Shown: positions 21,745 through 34,438 of the stretch, piece by piece
How the letters are laid out: every line of letters starts with the position of its first letter
Position numbering within the stretch: position 1 is the first letter of the stretch
NCBI RefSeq assembly: GCF_004010195.1
Contig: NC_057719.1
Location: 689,280-734,625 of the forward strand
Source of the DNA: Chiloscyllium plagiosum
Lineage: Eukaryota
Direction: 5' to 3'
Length of the DNA stretch: 45,346 nucleotides
The notes under the pieces: model-generated
Database searches by the model: none
What the model was told of the DNA's origin: nothing
The model's input: the letters and a program-made list of their open reading frames with translations, nothing else
Translations under genes and position numbers: made by a program

Positions 21745-23660
21745 TATATTAATGCCTTGGATGAGGAAAGTGAGTGTGTTATAGCCAAGTTTGTGAATGA
21801 CACAAAAATAGTTGGGAAGGCCAATTGGTGAGGATAATACAGAGAGTCTGCAGAGGGATACAGACAGGTTTAACAAAGGGGAAATAACCCGGTAGGTGGA
21901 ATATAGTGTGGGGAAATGGGAGGTTATTCATTCTGGCAGGATGAATAGGGGAGCTGAATATTATTTAAGAGGGTAAAGGCTGCAGAAAACTACAGAAGAG
22001 AGAGATTTGCAAGTCCTCGTGCATGAGACATAAAAAAGCCAGCATCCAAGTTCGATGGGTAATAGGGAAGGCAAGTGGAATATTGGCCTTCATTTCNNNN
22101 NNNNNNNNNNNNNNNNNNNNNNNNNNNNNNNNNNNNNNNNNNNNNNNNNNNNNNNNNNNNNNNNNNNNNNNNNNNNNNNNNNNNNNNNNNNNNNNNNNNN
22201 NNNNNNNNNNNNNNNNNNNNNNNNNNNNNNNNNNNNNNNNNNNNNNNNNNNNNNNNNNNNNNNNNNNNNNNNNNNNNNNNNNNNNNNNNNNNNNNNNNNN
22301 NNNNNNNNNNNNNNNNNNNNNNNNNNNNNNNNNNNNNNNNNNNNNNNNNNNNNNNNNNNNNNNNNNNNNNNNNNNNNNNNNNNNNNNNNNNNNNNNNNNN
22401 NNNNNNNNNNNNNNNNNNNNNNNNNNNNNNNNNNNNNNNNNNNNNNNNNNNNNNNNNNNNNNNNNNNNNNNNNNNNNNNNNNNNNNNNNNNNNNNNNNNN
22501 NNNNNNNNNNNNNNNNNNNNNNNNNNNNNNNNNNNNNNNNNNNNNNNNNNNNNNNNNNNNNNNNNNNNNNNNNNNNNNNNNNNNNNNNNNNNNNNNCGTT
22601 TGTAGAATCATAGAATAGTCAGAGTGTACAGGGAGGCCATTCAGCCCATCACTGTGGGAACAGACCTCCTGGAAGAGCAGCTCACCTGGTGCCATTCTCC
22701 TACCCCTTCTCCTTTGCCCTTAGCCTTCTCTCTCAGACAATGATTGGTCCAGTTCTCTTCTGAAGACCTCAATTGAGTTACATCAGCCTCCATCACTGAC
22801 TCAAGCAAATAATCCCCACGCTTTAACCACTTCCCACATTAAAAAGGCATTCTTCATCTCATCTTTGCTTCTCTAGGAGACGTTCCCATGTCACTGATAC
22901 AGAGAGAGAGAGAGAGTCTCACTTTGGAATGGCAGCAGACTGGGACAGTTAGTGGTTAGGCATCAATATGTTCCTCAGAGTCACATTACAAAGGAGCTGA
23001 GGGGACGGTTGCTAGGTTTGCAGATGACACAAAGCTAGGTGGAGGGGCAGGTAGTGTTGAGGAGGCAGGGAGGCTGCAGAAGGACGTGGACAGACTGGGA
23101 GAGTGGGCAAAGAAGTGGCAGATGGAGTACGTTGTGGGAAAGTGAGGTTATGCGCTTTGGTCAGAAGAATAGAGGTGTAGACTATTTTGTAATTTGGGAA
23201 AGGCTTCAGAAATTTGGGAGTTCTGGTTCAGGATTGTCTCGAGGTTAACATGCAGGCTCAGTTGGCAGTTAGGAAGGTAAATACAATGTTAGCATTCATC
23301 TCAAGAGGGCGAGAATACAAGAGCAGGGATGTACTGCTGAGGCTGGGTAAGGTTCTGGTCAGACTGCATTTGGAATATTGTGAGCAGTTTGGGGTCCCGT
23401 ATCTATGTCAGTGTGTGTCTGTGCTGTATGTCAGTGTGTATGTGTCTGTACCTGGGTGTCAGGGTGTGTGTATGTCTGTATGTCAGTGTATGTGTCTGTG
23501 CCTGGATGTCAGGGTGTGTGGATGTTTGTGCCAGCAGAGGTAGTAGAGGCAGACATGGTAGATTCATTTAAGGTGCGTCTGGTCAGATGCATGAGTAGAT
23601 GTGGAGCAGAGGGATACAGACGTTTAGGAATTGGGCAATAGGTTTAGACAGTAGATTTGG
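21745..23660. mobile_element. Cluster of CR1 fragments
   Basis: gccaagtttgtgaatgacacaaaa; RFADDTKLGG; LVRLHLEYCEQF; interrupted by a gap and TG-rich repeats. Confidence 0.75.
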
Positions 23661-24058
23661 ACAGTGTGTGTGTGTGCCTGTATGTCAGTGTGTGTATGTG
23701 CCTGCGCTTGAATGTCAGTGTATGTGCCTGTGTCTGTATGTCTGTGTGTGTGCGTGTGCCCACCAGTATGTGAGTTTGTGTGTCTGTTTGTCAGTGCTTG
23801 TGTATGCCTATATGTCAGTGTGTGTCTGTGCTGTATGTCAGTGTGTGTCTATGTATCTGTGCCTGTATGTCAATGTGTGTATGTGTGTGGCTGTGCATCA
23901 GTGGTGTACACATGTAGGTATATATGTGCATGTGTGTTAGTGCATACATGTGTCTATGTATGTTGGTGTGTATATATGTGTGTGTCAGTGTGTGCACATA
24001 TCTGCGTGTTGGTGTGCGTGTGTGTTGGTGTGTGACACGTGTGTGTTGGTATGTGTAC
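23405..24058. repeat. Complex (TG)n/RY microsatellite, left part
   Basis: Degenerate gtgtgt/gtatgtca units; continues at 31299-32270 beyond the LTR element. Confidence 0.9.
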
Positions 24059-24639
24059 TGTTATGGGGTAAACCCTCTGCTAATGTAAACCTGACACACA
24101 GAGAATGTTCACCTCGCGCCATAAAGTTCGAGAGACAAAGAACTATCCCCGAGGACACTATTTGAAGTAAACATTAACAGTTTAACTCTTTAAGTCCAAC
24201 AGGGAATATTAAAACCAATAACTATTTCCAACTCCTTTCTCTAAAACCTACCTTTTACCTCCCCACTCTACAATACTGGTCTAATAAAAACCCCGATTAT
24301 GATTTACAAAAAAATCCAAATTTCAAACCTAGCCAGCTGTCGAATCTTCTCTTTGTTCCTTCCTCTGGTGATTTTTCTCTGTCGTCCTTTCTTGAGTATT
24401 CTGCTCCCCAGGTCTTCCATATGAACAGGTACCTTTCCGAGAGCTATTCGGTGAGCAGACTATACTTGTTGGTTTTCTTGGCAGTTCGCCCCCTAATTGT
24501 TCAAAATGTCTGGTTTTATACCCCAAAACATCAGATCATTTCATTGGTTTGGTGTCATCCCAAACAGTAAAACGCAAATTCGATTGGATTTTGGTATCTG
24601 GGGCATAATTTATACTGATTGGCCGAATTTTGTTCCATG

Positions 24640-25185
24640 GTAAAAACAATGACCGCAGATGCTGGAAACCAGATTCTGGATTAGTGGTGCTGGAAGAGAA
24701 CAGCAGTTCAGGCAGCATCCGAGGAGCAGTAAAACCAACATTTCGGGCAAAAGCCCTTCATCAGGAATAAAGGCAGAGAGCCTGAAGGGTGGAGAGAGAA
24801 GTGAGAGGAGGGTAGGGGTGGGGAGAAAGTAGCATAGAGTACAATAGGTGAGTGGGGGAGGGGATGAAGGTGATAGNNNNNNNNNNNNNNNNNNNNNNNN
24901 NNNNNNNNNNNNNNNNNNNNNNNNNNNNNNNNNNNNNNNNNNNNNNNNNNNNNNNNNNNNNNNNNNNGTGTCCAGTCTCCCCAATGTAGAGGAGATCGCA
25001 TCGGGAGCAACAGATACAATAAATGATATTGGTGGATGTGCAGGTAAAACTTTGATGGATGTGGAAGGCTCCTTTGGGGTCTTGGATGGAGGTGAGGGAG
25101 GAGGTGTGGGCGCAGGTTTTGCAATTCCTGCGGTGGCAGGGGAGGGTGCCAGGATGGGAGGGTGAGTTGTAAGGGGGCGTGGAGG
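24640..25185 (-). mobile_element. Penelope-like element (GIY-YIG endonuclease fragment plus hammerhead tail) inside the 3' LTR
   Basis: PCHRRNCKTC...FTCTSTNIIYCICCSRCDLLYIGETG; tail with CTGATGAAGGGCTTTTGCCCGAAAT at about 24735-24767. Confidence 0.9.
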
Positions 25186-25573
25186 ACAACACAGCTCCAG
25201 CTATCTGTGTCAACCAAGTGTTACATTTTAAAATTGTTCAGGACTCTCTGTGCTTTCGGTCAGTCCTTGCTAGCTCCCTCTATCTCTTTCTCTCTAGCTC
25301 TCACACACTCTTGCTCTCTCTTGAAGGAAGAGTACTTGCCTACACCTTCATAACACCTCCCCCGAAGAAAAAATGAATCACATAATGAAAAGTTTCCTTC
25401 ATTTTTTTCTCTATTCCTTAACCACTTTATCATGACCTACATATGATGTTAACCTAAGTTCCCATTAACTTCTTCCCACATATACATAACATTGAATAGC
25501 TACCAATCTTATCTATACTTTATCAGAAACATCCCCAATAACGCAACAGTGATTACAATCTTACAACCCACAA

Positions 25574-26547
25574 GGGGTGGCACGGTGGCTCAGCGGTTAA
25601 CACTGCTGCCTAGCAATGCCAGAGACCCGGGTGGCTCTCTGTATTGTTATGGACTCGGCCAGAACACTCAAAACATTCTTAAGCAGGCAGCCCAGACCAT
25701 AGCTTTGCGATTTGTTTTGGTAAGTATACAGTGAAAATTATTCTGAGTAAGATAGCGAGGTTGACTACCAGGTTTTAAAACAGGCAAAGATTTATTCACA
25801 AAGTTACACAATGAAATGCAAAGAACAGAATAAAGGACCCTACAGAACTAAGTCTGTCCAAACTAGACTTAATTATACTGTTCCGAATGCACACAACAGT
25901 CCCAATAAGCAAACTCCCTTAAAAAAACAATAAAAATGGAACAAATTCTCACAGGTTGAAGTTAGAAGGGCTGAAGGAGAGAGAGTTTATGCAGCCTGTT
26001 CACACAGTCCACTGCTGAACTCCTAACTAGCTCTGGACTGAACTGTTCAGTGAGAGAGCTGACCACTCCCCTTTCATTATACAGGTCACTTCTAAAACAT
26101 GACCCATTTGGCCTGAAGTCTCATCTGTTTACATATAAACAAAAAGGCCTCTCAATACCCTTCAATCTTTGTACAAACCCCAGTCTAATCGGAGCCGGGA
26201 GCTGTTTATGAACCCTCTCAAAAAAAACCAAGGGCGCAGTATCATTGAGAAAAGGAACAGCTTTTAGAAAAAAGGGAGCAGCTTTGTGGCAGTGTGGGGT
26301 TTGCACATTCTCCCCGTGTCTGCGTGGGTTTCCTCCGGGTGCTCCGGTTTCCTCCCACAGTCCAAAGATGTGCAACTTAGGTGAATTGGCCATGCTAAAA
26401 TTGCCCGTAGTGTTCAGAGATGTGTAGGTTACTAATGTACAGGGTAGAGTAATAGGGTAGGGGAATGGGTCTGGGTGGATGACTCTTTGGGGGTCAGTGT
26501 GGACTTGTTGGGCTGAAGGGCCTGTTTGCATACTGTAGGGATTCTAT
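25574..26547 (+). mobile_element. HE1 V-SINE split by a solo LTR
   Basis: Head at 25574-25644; remainder at 26292-26547. Confidence 0.85.
25645..26291. mobile_element. Probable solo LTR of a second LTR family (647 bp)
   Basis: Begins TGTTATGG, ends TGTGGCA, flanked by gtat/gtgt; interrupts the SINE cleanly; no ORF. Confidence 0.7.
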
Positions 26548-26809
26548 GGATAACGTGTACAATTTGTAAATGAAAAGTCTGTAACATACGACTCCAAAAA
26601 AAAGTCTCATATTCTTGCCTTTAAAGTGTTTTAATAATATAAGAGGATTGTGATTTGTGTACACAACCATTTCCGACACATTGTTTGTGACATACAGATT
26701 AAAATGTTGTAAGGCCAGTACCGAACTCGATAGTTTCCTTTTCGATTGTGGAATACTTCCTCTGGCGGATGTTGAGTTTCTTCGAAAAGTAACCAACTGG
26801 CAGTTTTTT

Positions 26810-27113
26810 TTAGATTAGTTTAGATTCTCTACAGTATGGAAACAGGCCCTTTGGCCCAACCAGTCCACACTGACCCTCCGAAGAGTAACCCACCCAGACC
26901 CATTTCCCTCTGACTAACACACCTAATGTTATGGGCAATTTCCCATGGCCAATTCACCTGACCTGCACATCTTTGTGACTGTGGGAGGAAACCCACGCAG
27001 ACACGGGGAGAACGTGCAAACTCCACACAGACTGTCGCCCAAGGCTGGAATCGAACCTGGGACCCTGGTGGTGTGAGGCAGCAGTACTAGCTACCGAGCC
27101 ACTGTGCCGCCCC
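26810..27113 (-). mobile_element. HE1 V-SINE inserted in the RNase H region
   Basis: Splits GIEL|PVGYFSKK; head, V-domain and tail present. Confidence 0.9.
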
Positions 27114-27779
27114 AAGTTCAATCCCATCCTCATCTTCCTGCAGGAGTACAGCTCCAACCACTATGTCACAAGCGCTGATGGCGACTTTGAAAAGTTTTGA
27201 AAAGTTTGGTGTAGCTAAAACTGGTTTGGTGGTTAAATTTGCTTTTAAATGTTTGAATGCCTTCTGGCCTGGTTCTGTCCACCGAAACGTTGTGTTCTTC
27301 TTCAGCAAATCAGTTAACGGTGCCACTACACTGCTGAAGTTTGGAACAAACTCCCAATAGAATCCACTGAGTCCTAAGAATCGAAGCACCTCTTACTTTG
27401 AGGTTGGTCGTGGAAATTCCTCAATGGCCGTTGTCTCCTTCTGGACTTGTCTGGCTTCAAAAGGATAAAGCCGATAGGGGTGTTGTTTTATTGGAGCAGC
27501 ATTTCCTATGTCTACTTCATGTACAATAGCATTAGTCCTCTCCATCTGATTCTTACATCTGTCCTTGTACTGCAGTAACAAACCTTTCAACTGCGTCCTG
27601 TACTCCTGAGACAGACAGCTTACTAACCTATCCCACTCCTCAATGACTTCTTCATTTTTTAATCTATTTTGAGGCACATCAATATCTACAGCCTCTGGAT
27701 TTGATTCCTCACTCTGCAGGGCAGTAACTAACACCTGTTTCTCCAGCTCTTTCTCTCTAATATAATACAGTTTCAACAC

Positions 27780-29330
27780 GTTCACATGACATACCCAATA
27801 CCTTTTTTTTTCTATCTGGCATCTTTACTAGATAGTTCAGCTGACTCAACTTTTCCTCAATTTAATAGGGACCACTAAACCCGACTTTGAAGGGATCTCC
27901 TATCACTGGTAACAAGACTAACACGTCATCCCCTCAGGAAAATGTCCAAGTCTCGGAGCTTTTATCTGCCATCTGCTTTATTCTACACTGTGCCCTCTTT
28001 AGGTGCTGTTTAGCTAACTCACCTACTCGGTTTAGTCTCTCCCTCACCTCCGATACATAATTTAATTATGAAATCTCCAACTTTGGTCCTGTCAATTTCT
28101 CTTTGAAGAATTTTAAAAGGCGTCTCACTTCATGCCCGAATATTAACTCGAAGGGAGTGAACTGAGTAGATTCGTTTGGGGCATCTCTAATGGCAAACAA
28201 TACGAATGGGATACCTTTATCCCAATCATTCGGGTAATCCTGACAGTACGCTCTCAACATGGTCTTCACGGTCTGATGTTACCTTTCTATAGCTCCCTGG
28301 AATTCAGGATGGTACGCACTGGATTTAAAGTGCTGTATACCTAAACTATCCATAACCTCCTTAAACAGCCTAGCAGTAACGTTTGACCCTTAGTCCGACT
28401 AAATCTCTCTGGGTAGCCCATATCGTGGGAACTGGCAACAAAGGGGCTGGTTTTATTACCGCCTGTGGCTTACCTACCATTTGGCATGTATGACACATAT
28501 GGCAAAAGTTAACCACATCATTGTGCATTCCAGGCCAATAAAAACATTTTTGTACCTTAGCCTGAGTCTTTTGTGCCCCTAGCTGACCTCCTACTGGTAG
28601 TTTATGTGCTACCCGTAACACCTCCTGTCTTTATGCTACCAACAACACAATCTGGTGCACGCCAGCCCATTTCTCCTCTGCACTAGCCTACCATGGTCTC
28701 CACTTTCACCTTAGGATTCTACCTTTCAGGTACTAGCCCTCTGGAATATTTGCTGCCTCCTTTTCGGAGTACGCATCCAAATATATATCTTTTATCATCT
28801 TGTCTTGCTGTTGTAAGTCCCTTAGCCTTTCAGGAGTAAACACTTCTGTCTGACCCTCTGCCTGTTCAGGGTTTTCCTGCACCATTACGTCAAACAGGGT
28901 GTCCGCTAACTGAACCTCAATTCCTTCATCTTTCTCTTTAGTTTTTGCTTTGTGCTGTGACTTATGATAGTGGGATCCGGTTACCACACAGTCTGGAAAA
29001 ATACCAGGATATTTCTGTTTTAACTCCTCAGTTTCTTGGTCTTCCTTGGGCTTCTCCACAGTAAGGGGTACCACTCCCACCTTGGATCCTGCCAAATCAT
29101 TCCCAAGAACAAACTGAATTCCTGGAACTGACACTCTGTCAGTCACTCCCACTGTAACTTCCCCAGTCTGGAGTTGGCACTCCAACCTGATCTTACACAG
29201 GAGAATGTGAAATTTCTGTCATCTATCCCACAAATTATCACATTCTCAGGTAACAGATCAGAAAGAGTGCAAATTTGCTCATCTCTGACTATTAAAGATC
29301 TGTATCTCTCAAAATGATAACTTCTTGCGC
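27780..29330 (-). pseudogene. pol: protease and integrase remnants
   Basis: ILRDTD (DTG-like), FVLGNDLAG, AHKLPVGGQLG...FYWPGM...CHTCQ, SAYHPEFQGAIER, DWDKGIPFVLFAIR...TPFELIFG, FSGPY. Confidence 0.88.
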
Positions 29331-29499
29331 ATCGCCCCCTGTTCTTCGTAGCAATCAGGTACTAACTCCGTATCCAGCCCCTGCCTGGGCTGTGCACTCC
29401 CCTGCAGCTCCTCAGCTCTTCTTGGGGTCTCCTTTACTACCTTCACTAATGCCATCGGCTTAGCTTCTTTACCACATCTTTTCCCACAGTGCCTTTCTT

Positions 29500-30648
29500 T
29501 AACAACCAGCTCTGTGTCTTTACATGTCCCACTTTACCCCAGTGGAAACACCTGAGGCCTTTCACCTCCTGTTCACCCTCTTCGGCTTCTTCTTTAACCG
29601 GTAATTACCGGTGTTGTCTACTCTTGGTTTAGTAGTGTGAGATCTCCCCTTCTCCCAATTTCTCTCCCTCACAGGACAAAATTCTGGCCGGGAGCTTGTC
29701 TTATGCACCAATTCTGTTGCCCTTCTCACTTCCTGAACTTTCTGTTCCTCCACCTGAATTCTTACCAACTCTGGAAGTGAGATTTTAAACTCCTCCAGCA
29801 GAATAATCTCTCTTAGAGCATCAAAGGTCTTCTCTATCTTTAAGGCCTGCACCCATCTATCAAAATGACTATGTTTAATTCTTCTGAACTCAACATAAGT
29901 CTGACTTGGTTCCTTTTTTATGTTTCTGAACGCTTCTGGTACTAAATCATAAGCACCTAAAATAGCCTGTTTAACCTCTTCATAATCTCTTGACCCCTCA
30001 TCTGACCACGTGGCAAATACCTCACGAGCTCTGCCTACCAGTTTAGTCTGAACTAGCATTACCCATAAGTCCTTGGACCTCTCCATCTGCCTAGCCAGTT
30101 TTTCAAATGAAATAAAGAAGGCTTCAACATCTTTCTCATCGAAATGTGGCAGAGTTTTGACATTTTTGTATATATCACTACATTCTCTTTTAATCTCCGT
30201 CCTGTTAATTTGACTTTGCTGACTAAGTCACAACTTGAAGTTGCAACTTCTCAAGTTAAAATTCTCTCACTTTTTGCTAAGCTAAGAATCTTCCCTTTTT
30301 TCCTTTTCCTCTCTCTCTCTTCTCTCTCTTTCTTTCTCCCTTTTTTCTCTCTCTCTTTGCTCAGCTGAGAATCATCTCCCTCTCTCTGCTTTCTCTCTCT
30401 TTATTTATCTTCTAACTCCATTTTCCTCAATTGTAATTTAAGTTTATCTACCTCTATTGCACTTGTCTGTTTCTCTGACACACCCAAGTGTTTGAGTAAT
30501 TCCCTTACAACTTCAGCTTTACTTTTGTCCTTGGTTAAACCCAAATCTAACTTCTTTATTAATTTGAAATTCTAAATTCTAAACTTCCTTGGCAAATTTG
30601 AGAATCATCTTCAAACCCCAGAACCTCTTTAGCAATTTTAAGAGCCAT
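29500..30648 (-). pseudogene. gag: SCAN-related capsid and degenerate CCHC knuckle
   Basis: Starts MALKIAKEVLGF; contains KLVGRAREVF...DYEEVKQAILGAYDLVPEA...EIILLEEFKISLP and knuckle CFHWGKVGHVKTQS; frameshifts and stops present. Confidence 0.85.
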
Positions 30649-30830
30649 CTCTCTCACTTTTAATTTAACCAACCACAAGTCACCGAAATTAAACAAATTG
30701 TCTCACCTACGTTTTATTTAGAGACCTAGGACACTAACCTGCTAGTCCTTAAATATAATGGGCTTTCTTGGACTCCAAATCTATTCAAAGCTAACCAAAT
30801 CTCAGACTAGATTTGTCTAAACCTGTTCAA

Positions 30831-30848
30831 ATCCCGGTCGAGACCCCA
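30831..30848 (-). other. Primer-binding site complementary to tRNA-Pro
   Basis: TGGGGTCTCGACCGGGAT matches the canonical TGGGGGCTCGTCCGGGAT at 16/18 positions, 3 nt after the 5' LTR. Confidence 0.85.
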
Positions 30849-31298
30849 AACTGTTAACAGAGTAAACCCCTCTGCTAATTTCAACCTGACACACAGAGAA
30901 ACTCAACTCACAATTTAACAAGTAAAAATTAACAATTTCATTCTTTACGTCCAACAAGGAATATTAAAAGCAACAACTACTTCCAACTCCTTTCTCTAAA
31001 ACCTATCTTTTACCTCCCCACTCTACAATACTGGTCTAATAAAAACCCCGATTTACACAAAAAACATCCAAATGTCCAAACAGCCAGTTGTCAAATCTTC
31101 TCTTTGTATCTTCCTCTGGAGATCTTCCTCTGTCACCTTTTTTTCAGTACTCAACCTCGCAGCTCTTCCATGTGGAAGCTATCAGCACCAGCTATTTGTG
31201 TCAGCCATGTGTTACATTTGTACTTTGTTCAGGACACAGTGCTTCCGTCAGTCCTTGCGAGCTTCCCCTCTCTCTCCTAAAGGTACATCTTCATAACA

Positions 31299-32270
31299 GC
31301 ACGTGTGCGTGTGCGTGTGTATGTGTGTACGTGCGTGTATGCATGTGTGTATTTGTGTGTACGTATGCATACATCTGAGTATATGTGTGTGTACGTATGT
31401 GTATGTATGTGTGTACGTGTGTGCGTGCACGTGTTTGTGTGTGTATGTGTGTGTATCTACGTGTGTGCACGTGTGTGTATGTGTGCATGTCTGTGTATGT
31501 ACGTGTGTGTTTACATGTGTGTTTAAGTGTGTGTGTTTATGTGTGTATTTATGTGTGTGTACACGTGTGTGCGTGTGCATGAGTGTGTGTGTGTCTGTGT
31601 GTATACATATGCGTGTATATGTGTGTGTGTCTGTGTGTATATGTAAATGTGTGTGTATATATGCGTGTGTATACAGGTGTATACATGTGCACGTGTACAT
31701 ATGCATGTGTCTGTATGTGAGTGCGCGTGTGTCTGTGTGTATACGTGTGTGTATACGTGTGTATGTATATGTGTGTGTGAGCGTGTATGTATGTGTGTGT
31801 ATGTATNNNNNNNNNNNNNNNNNNNNNNNNNNNNNNNNNNNNNNNNNNNNNNNNNNNNNNNNNNNNNNNNNNNNNNNNNNNNNNNNNNNNNNNNNNNNNN
31901 NNNNNNNNNNNNNNNNNNNNNNNNNNNNNNNNNNNNNNNNNNNNNNNNNNNNNNNNNNNNNNNNNNNNNNNNNNNNNNNNNNNNNNNNNNNNNNNNNNNN
32001 NNNNNNNNNNNNNNNNNNNNNNNNNNNNNNNNNNNNNNNNNNNNNNNNNNNNNNNNNNNNNNNNNNNNNNNNNNNNNNNNNNNNNNNNNNNNNNNNNNNN
32101 NNNNNNNNNNNNNNNNNNNNNNNNNNNNNNNNNNNNNNNNNNNNNNNNNNNNNNNNNNNNNNNNNNNNNNNNNNNNNNNNNNNNNNNNNNNNNNNNNNNN
32201 NNNNNNNNNNNNNNNTGTCTGTGTGTGTGTGTGTGTGTATGTGTCTGTGTGTGTGTCTGTGTATGTGAGT
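31299..32270. repeat. Complex (TG/TA)n microsatellite, right part
   Basis: Alternating purine-pyrimidine tract with an internal gap. Confidence 0.92.
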
Positions 32271-33024
32271 GTGCTCTGTCCTTTCTGTGAAGTCAGGACC
32301 ATGCCCTTGCTGTCAGTGTGCTGTTGTTGGGAATGGCTCTGTTATCAGATACCAGCTGGACTCAGAAGAGCTGAGCTAAATTTTGAAACTATAGCTCAAA
32401 AAAACCACGCTATGTCTCTCGCTCTTAAACAAAGTATGTTGGTGGTGTTCTTTATAAACACTCAACACAATTATATCATCAAATTACTGACAATCCCAGG
32501 TCTGCTGCTGTTTTATAAGGATTCTAATCAGGAACAGAGGCACATTGTTTCCAAGTCTCTCTTGGATGCAGAATGAGATTCCATTACTTTGCTCGGTTTT
32601 TGCTAAGTTCGGTGGAAAGTGAGAATAAGAGGTTCAGGAGCTGAGTGACACCATGCACAGAGAGGGTGAAGCTGTTGCTGGGTGTGAGGGTAATGTGGCC
32701 TGTTGTGAACTGACTGATCCTTTCACACTGTGTCTCAGTTAGAGTCAGTGATGGACCTGAGTGTTCCCATTAAAATGGTACCAGAGGGGATCAGTGAGTG
32801 TGGTTACAAACAGGACTGCAGTTTCTTAATGAGCCAGAGGCTGCCTGTGTATAAAGACGGCATGTTGTTTGATCATCGTCAGGCTGACCAATGGGATTGT
32901 CAATCTATGCATACTGGCTTTTAATTCAGGACTGTACCTGAGTGTCTCTGTTTCAGAGGCTTAGAATTTCACTTCCTACTGTTGTAGCCATCTGAGATCA
33001 GTGTAAGATCTGGATAAGATCTTA

Positions 33025-33205
33025 CACTGGCCAGGCCAACGTATAACTCTAGGATAGACATCACTAACAGGCTAACCCATCGTAATCACAATGCTGTTTG
33101 TGGAATCTTGCTGTGCGGCAATGGGCTGCTGCAACTTTGTATGTTTGAGCATGATGACACCGTAAAACAACGTGTCATGGCTGAGTTGGAAAGTGCTTTG
33201 ATTAA
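33025..33205 (+). mobile_element. Deu-domain SINE 3' relic
   Basis: catcactaac...atcacaatgctgtttgtggaatcttgctgtgc resembles recalled SacSINE1/DeuSINE body; similar relic at about 13190-13340. Confidence 0.55.
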
Positions 33206-33609
33206 ACTGTTGAACACATTCCCCAACTGGGAATTTCTCAGTATCCCTTCGTGTCCCTCATTGTTTTCAGATGTGCTGAAACATGAAGGATGGTGAAAGA
33301 TGATCACATTACAACCAAATAACACATTAACATCATGGAACCAAACTGTTTCAATAAATCTGTCACCAAGTGCTGACATTATACAGTTTGGTGTCCCTGG
33401 AGGATTCTGCCTCTCACTATTCCTCTGAAACATCTCTTTAATTCCTTTTCTTAACAGATGCCAATTCATTTCTTGTTACAGAGGGACAGACAGAAAACCA
33501 GAACTTTATACCATTGTCTTACGGAGCTGCCAAACAGAGTCACAGAAACATCAGCATCTTTCAAAACCGAGAGGTGTCCACTCTCACCCTTACAGTCAGT
33601 ATCTCCCAT

Positions 33610-34438
33610 TCACAACCCTCACCCCCTCACACACTCCCCAAACACACTCCCCCCTCACACACACCCCACCCNNNNNNNNNNNNNNNNNNNNNNNNNNNNN
33701 NNNNNNNNNNNNNNNNNNNNNNNNNNNNNNNNNNNNNNNNNNNNNNNNNNNNNNNNNNNNNNNNNNNNNNNNNNNNNNNNNNNNNNNNNNNNNNNNNNNN
33801 NNNNNNNNNNNNNNNNNNNNNNNNNNNNNNNNNNNNNNNNNNNNNNNNNNNNNNNNNNNNNNNNNNNNNNNNNNNNNNNNNNNNNNNNNNNNNNNNNNNN
33901 NNNNNNNNNNNNNNNNNNNNNNNNNNNNNNNNNNNNNNNNNNNNNNNNNNNNNNNNNNNNNNNNNNNNNNNNNNNNNNNNNNNNNNNNNNNNNNNNNNNN
34001 NNNNNNNNNNNNNNNNNNNNNNNNNNNNNNNNNNNNNNNNNNNNNNNNNNNNNNNNNNNNNNNNNNNNNNNNNNNNNNNNNNNNNNNNNNNNNNNNNNNN
34101 NNNNNNNNNNNNNNNNNNNNNNNNNNNNNNNNNNNNNNNNNNNNNNNNNNNNNNNNNNNNNNNNNNNNNNNNNNNNNNNNNNNNNNNNNNNNNNNNNNNN
34201 NNNNNNNNNNNNNNNNNNNNNNNNNNNNNNNNNNNNNNNNNNNNNNNNNNNNNNNNNNNNNNNNNNNNNNNNNNNNNNNNNNNNNNNNNNNNNNNNNNNN
34301 NNNNNNNNNNNNNNNNNNNNNNNNNNNNNNNNNNNNNNNNNNNNNNNNNNNNNNNNNNNCACTCCCCCCTCACACACACTCCCCACCCACACTCCCCACC
34401 CACACACCCCCTCACACACTCCCCCCTCACACACACAC
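33610..34438. repeat. C/A-rich low-complexity repeat spanning a gap
   Basis: cacacactccccc-type units on both sides of the Ns. Confidence 0.8.

Larger units (their letters stand above)
25520..27779 (-). pseudogene. pol: RT (core deleted) and RNase H remnants, interrupted by two SINEs and a solo LTR
   Basis: HEVDIGNAAPIKQHPYRL joined directly to AIEEFPRPT...LRFLGLSGFY; then VGAVLLQ, GYFSKKLN and VYTNHNPL. Confidence 0.88.
24059..31298 (-). mobile_element. Gmr1-clade Ty3/Gypsy LTR retrotransposon, decayed
   Basis: Two TG...CA LTRs (5' LTR 30852-31298, 3' LTR 24059-25355), TSD gtac/gcac, PBS 30831-30848, PPT gggggagg next to 25355; domain order gag-PR-IN-RT-RH. Confidence 0.92.

Noticed and set aside
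32936..32990. Candidate missing upstream nesprin exon at an AG|gtacag donor
   Set aside because: In-frame stop seven codons upstream and no spectrin-repeat similarity.
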